Source: an uncultured Gemmatimonadales bacterium (GTDB taxonomy: Bacteria; Gemmatimonadota; Gemmatimonadetes; Gemmatimonadales; Gemmatimonadaceae). Taken from it: a DNA stretch of 64,000 nt. The notes under the pieces were generated by a model that worked only from the letters and a program-made list of their open reading frames with translations, ran no database searches and was not told the origin of the DNA. The number at the start of each line of letters is the position of its first letter. Within the stretch, counting starts at the first letter, position 1. Below are positions 60,465 through 64,000 of this stretch, in pieces. Location of the stretch: assembly GCA_963707505.1 (NCBI GenBank), contig CAVPQB010000004.1:672001-736000 (forward strand), written 5' to 3'. The position numbers and the translations under genes are program-made.

Positions 60465-62531
60465 ATGAATTGGCTGATTAACGCCGCCGACAAGGCCGGT
60501 TGGCATGCCGCCTCCAGGCCAGCCGTCTCGGCAAGCACTACCCTGGAAGCCGCGTGGCGCGCCGTGGCCGATGCTTACGCCGTCTCGGAGGCAGAGCTCG
60601 CCTGCCAGGTGGCAGCGCTGTTTCGCATCCAGCTCGCCACACTCGACGCAGTGGAACCGCGCGCGGTCAAGCTCGTTCCCGAGAAGACTGCGCGAAAACA
60701 CCATGTTCTCCCGCTTCGCGAGTCGCAGAACGAGATAGTCGTCGCGACCAGCGACCCCACCGATTACAACGCGGAGCAGGCTGTACAGTTCACGGCCGGC
60801 CGTCGTGTCGTGTTGGAGGTCGCGCCCTATCAGGCGCTGCTGGACGGAATCAATGCGCACTATTCGCCCGAGCGGGCGATGGAGGGGTTGCTGCGCTCGA
60901 TGGACGTCACGTTGAGTGACGTCAAGGTGGTCGAGACGGAAGTAGCGGACCAGGTCGCGGTAAGTGAGGCAGACGCCGCGCCGGTGATTCAGCTGACCAA
61001 CATGGTTCTGCACGCGGCGATCGCATGCAATGCAAGCGACATTCATCTCGAGCCCGGCCGGCATCAGGGCGTCGTTCGGTTCAGAGTCGACGGCGTCATG
61101 CGACAGTACATGCAGATGCCGTTGATTGCGCTCACGCGCGTCGTATCGCGCATCAAGGTCATCGCCAAGCTCGATATTGCCGACAGGCTGCGTCCGCAGG
61201 ATGGCCGCACGCGCGTGTCGATCGCAGGCCGCACATTCGACCTGCGCATCTCCACCGTTCCGACGCGCGAGGCGGAGAAGGCTGTCATTCGTATTCTGAA
61301 TCCTGACGCGTCGCGCTCGCTCGAGGATCTCGGCATCGCGGATCACGAGCTGGCACGGCTCAAGTATCTGCTCTCATTCCGTGAAGGGGTAGTCATCGTC
61401 ACTGGTCCAACGGGATCAGGGAAGACGACAACGCTCTACGGCGGAGTGCGCGAGCTCGCCGCGCATGCGATCAATATCATGACCGTCGAAGATCCGGTCG
61501 AGTACGAGCTGCCGGGTGTCACGCAGATTCAGATCGATCCCAAGCGCGACGTAACGTTCGCATCGGCGTTGCGCGCCATTCTTCGCCAGGATCCCGACGT
61601 CGTATTCGTCGGCGAGATTCGCGATGCGGAGACGGCCAGCATCGCGCTCCAGGCGGCCGCGACTGGCCACCTCGTCCTGTCCACGCTTCACACCAACGAT
61701 GCTGTCGGCGCCATACAGCGCCTGATCGATCTCGGTCTCGATCGCTCCGCAGTCGCTCCGGCGCTCCGTGGTGTGGTGGGCCAGAGATTGATTCGCCGTT
61801 TGTGCAGTGTCTGTTCAATCGACCAGCCGGAGCAACGCGATGCTGCGACTGTGCGTCTGGAGCGTGCGTTCGGCGTCCGTCAGGCGCGTCGCGCGGTCGG
61901 TTGCAAGGAATGCGGTGAGACCGGCTATCGCGGACGCATTCCACTCGACGAAGTGTTGGTGAGCAACCCCGACTTTCAGGAGAAGCTGACACACAACGCC
62001 CCCACGCTCGATCTTCAGCGCGCGGCCGAGAAGGGCGGGATGCGTCCCATTCGCGAAGTCGCGCTTGGCCACGTTGTCGTCGGGAACACGACACTCGACG
62101 AAGTGGAACGCGTGCTCGGCGAAGGTGAAGGTCCGCCTGATAGAGGCGATGAACGTCCGCGCATTCTCGTTGTCGACGACGATCCGGTCACCCGCGAGCT
62201 CGCTGTCGGAGTGTTGAAGGCGACGGGATTCACCGTTGAGCAGGCAACCGACGGACAGGCGGCTCTGGATCTGCTCGCGCACGATTCACGATTCTCGCTC
62301 GTCACGCTAGACCTGAGCATGCCGCGAGTGACCGGCCTCGACGTCCTGCGACAGATGCGCGCGTCCGCAGCGACGTCGGGCGTACCGATTGTCGTGTTGA
62401 CGAGCACCGATGGTGAGGAAATGGAAATCAGCCTCATGAACGAAGGCGCCGACGATTACCTGCGCAAGCCGCTCGACCCAGCCCGATTCATCGCGCGCAT
62501 TCGGGCAGTGTTGCGACGGGCGGCAAGCTAG
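60465..62531 (+). CDS. GspE/PilB-family secretion ATPase with C-terminal receiver domain
   Basis: ASDIHLEP, RLRPQDGR, GPTGSGKTTT, TVEDPVE, LRQDPDV..VGEIRD, TLHTND, CxxC...CxxC; REC ILVVDDD...TLDLSMP...GADDYLRKP. Confidence 0.9.
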   Translation: MNWLINAADKAGWHAASRPAVSASTTLEAAWRAVADAYAVSEAELACQVAALFRIQLATLDAVEPRAVKLVPEKTARKHHVLPLRESQNEIVVATSDPTDYNAEQAVQFTAGRRVVLEVAPYQALLDGINAHYSPERAMEGLLRSMDVTLSDVKVVETEVADQVAVSEADAAPVIQLTNMVLHAAIACNASDIHLEPGRHQGVVRFRVDGVMRQYMQMPLIALTRVVSRIKVIAKLDIADRLRPQDGRTRVSIAGRTFDLRISTVPTREAEKAVIRILNPDASRSLEDLGIADHELARLKYLLSFREGVVIVTGPTGSGKTTTLYGGVRELAAHAINIMTVEDPVEYELPGVTQIQIDPKRDVTFASALRAILRQDPDVVFVGEIRDAETASIALQAAATGHLVLSTLHTNDAVGAIQRLIDLGLDRSAVAPALRGVVGQRLIRRLCSVCSIDQPEQRDAATVRLERAFGVRQARRAVGCKECGETGYRGRIPLDEVLVSNPDFQEKLTHNAPTLDLQRAAEKGGMRPIREVALGHVVVGNTTLDEVERVLGEGEGPPDRGDERPRILVVDDDPVTRELAVGVLKATGFTVEQATDGQAALDLLAHDSRFSLVTLDLSMPRVTGLDVLRQMRASAATSGVPIVVLTSTDGEEMEISLMNEGADDYLRKPLDPARFIARIRAVLRRAAS

Positions 62532-62545
62532 ACGGCGAGCTTTCC

Positions 62546-63049
62546 TCAAGCTCCAGCCGTGTACTCCCCCGATTTACCGCCGCTCTTTCGCAGCAGTCGC
62601 ACGCCGCCAATGACCATCGATCTGTCCACGCTCTTCGCCATGTCGTAGATCGTTGCGAGCGCGATGGACACTGCCACGATCGCTTCCATCTCCACGCCCG
62701 TTGTGCCGGTGCTCACTGCAGTTGCCTCGACGTGAATTCCGCAAATCGAGTCGTCGATCGATAATACGACGTCGACATGTGACAACGCGATCTGATGACA
62801 CAACGGAATCAGATCAGCGGTTCGTTTCGCCGCCATGATTCCGGCGATCCGCGCAACTCCCAGTACATCGCCCTTCGCAATCATGTTGTCGCGAATCGCG
62901 GCGACAGCGACAGCCGACATCGTGATGTTGCCGGCTGCAGTTGCGGTGCGAAGCGTTTCTGCCTTTGCGCTGACATCCACCATGTGCGCTTCACCGGCTG
63001 AGTTCGTATGACTCAGACGCGGGTTCTCTGGGCGTTGCGCGGGAATCAA
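62546..63049 (-). CDS. moaC: Cyclic pyranopterin monophosphate synthase
   Basis: LSH..GEAHMVDVSAK, KGDVL..ARIAGIMAAKRT..LIPLCH, TGVEMEA, YDMAKSVD, KSGGKSG. Confidence 0.96.
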   Translation of the reverse strand: MIPAQRPENPRLSHTNSAGEAHMVDVSAKAETLRTATAAGNITMSAVAVAAIRDNMIAKGDVLGVARIAGIMAAKRTADLIPLCHQIALSHVDVVLSIDDSICGIHVEATAVSTGTTGVEMEAIVAVSIALATIYDMAKSVDRSMVIGGVRLLRKSGGKSGEYTAGA

Positions 63050-64000
63050 GCCGGCACCCCCTGCAGCGCATCGAGCAACGCCGCGGCAGTCAGCTGTGGA
63101 CTCACGTTTCCATCAGCGCGCGCCTGTGCTTCGGTCACGGCGACGGTTGCTTTCGCCGCCGCATACGCACCGGCGGTGTCACCACTCGACAGCGAAGACT
63201 CCGCGCGCTCACGTAGAAGCACGTTGAGCTCGGCGAGCATGTCGCTGAACGCGCCGCGCGCGCCCGCCGTGCCCTGCGCAAGCGCTGCTGCATAACGCTC
63301 CGCGCCGCGCGACGACGACGCCTGCAGCAGTTTGAGTGCAGCCGCGCGCGCGCTCGAAAGCGCAACAGCCGATAGCAGATCGCCCGGCGCGCCATGTGCA
63401 AGCGCAACACGCTCTGTGTCGCCACGTGGAAGATCCAGCGAATCGAGCATCGCCTTCACGTTCGGCTCCCGAATGAACGCCAGCACTTCCGCGTCCGCGA
63501 GCGGTGCGCAACGAATGCTTATCACGCGCGAGCGAACCGTTGGGAGCAGCGCGCCGGGCTCGCTCGACGTCAACAGAATCGTAGTGTCCGGTGGCGGCTC
63601 CTCCAGCAGCTTGAGAAACGCGTTCGCCGCCTGATCGGATCCTTCCTGCGCAACCATGCGCTCGGCATCGCCCACGATGAAGACCTTGCGATGACCCATC
63701 GCTGGCGACATCGCGGCCTTGCCGACAATGGTGAGCGTAGTCGCGAGAAAGATCGCCTCGCTGCCAGAAGGGCGCGGATACAATCCGTGACTCTCGACAC
63801 GCTCGCTGCTCGCCTCTCCCAGATCCTCCATAACGTCGTCGGATGTCGCCGAGGAGTCGGTGAGACGCGGGCGCGGATATACCCAGAACACGTCGGGATG
63901 CCGCAACTCCAGCACACTCCTGCACGCGAGGCAGGTTCCGCATGGCTTGTCGGCGTGCTCACAGACGAGCAGCTGTGCGAGCCATAGAGCCAGCCGCTGC
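63046..64000 (-). CDS. holB: DNA polymerase III delta' subunit (5' end outside window)
   Basis: CxxC zinc motif then HPD, KVFIVGDAERM, AANAFLKLLEEPP, LLPTVRSR. Confidence 0.88.
   Translation of the reverse strand, partial: QRLALWLAQLLVCEHADKPCGTCLACRSVLELRHPDVFWVYPRPRLTDSSATSDDVMEDLGEASSERVESHGLYPRPSGSEAIFLATTLTIVGKAAMSPAMGHRKVFIVGDAERMVAQEGSDQAANAFLKLLEEPPPDTTILLTSSEPGALLPTVRSRVISIRCAPLADAEVLAFIREPNVKAMLDSLDLPRGDTERVALAHGAPGDLLSAVALSSARAAALKLLQASSSRGAERYAAALAQGTAGARGAFSDMLAELNVLLRERAESSLSSGDTAGAYAAAKATVAVTEAQARADGNVSPQLTAAALLDALQGVPA

Overview
High-GC bacterial chromosomal segment. Gene content and protein style (several membrane Ser/Thr kinases, CarboxypepD/plug proteins) suggest Gemmatimonadota; this is inference only. 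The left 28 kb is a phosphate/nucleotide-scavenging neighbourhood: ppk1 3' end, deoC with two aldehyde dehydrogenases, ppx-phoU-pstBB-pstA-pstC, a ~9 kb block of unrelated genes, porin-pstS-phoR-phoB, then a divergent 5'-nucleotidase/small ORF/add/PNP operon. Three 11-bp-period Pho-box-like repeats are visible. The middle holds housekeeping genes (TrmH methylase, prepilin peptidase, lon, ffh-rpsP-rimM-trmD-rplS-rnhB-purE-purK, MarC) and a GH18/CE4/GT2 polysaccharide synthase. The right holds an RND pump, an acetamidase, tRNA-Lys(TTT), a divergent metallophosphoesterase/nucleotidyltransferase pair, a GspE/PilB ATPase fused to a receiver domain, moaC and holB. No CRISPR array, rRNA, integrase or transposase was seen. 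Frameshifts cluster at ~0.6-3.8 kb and ~53.2-55.3 kb and are probably sequencing errors. Best leads: a structured, RBS-sequestering leader before the ankyrin gene; an 18-codon Trp-rich ORF coupled between purE and purK; the phosphoesterase/nucleotidyltransferase pair; a split ALDH16-like pair; a REP family; and a 13-bp stop-codon tandem repeat after phoU.
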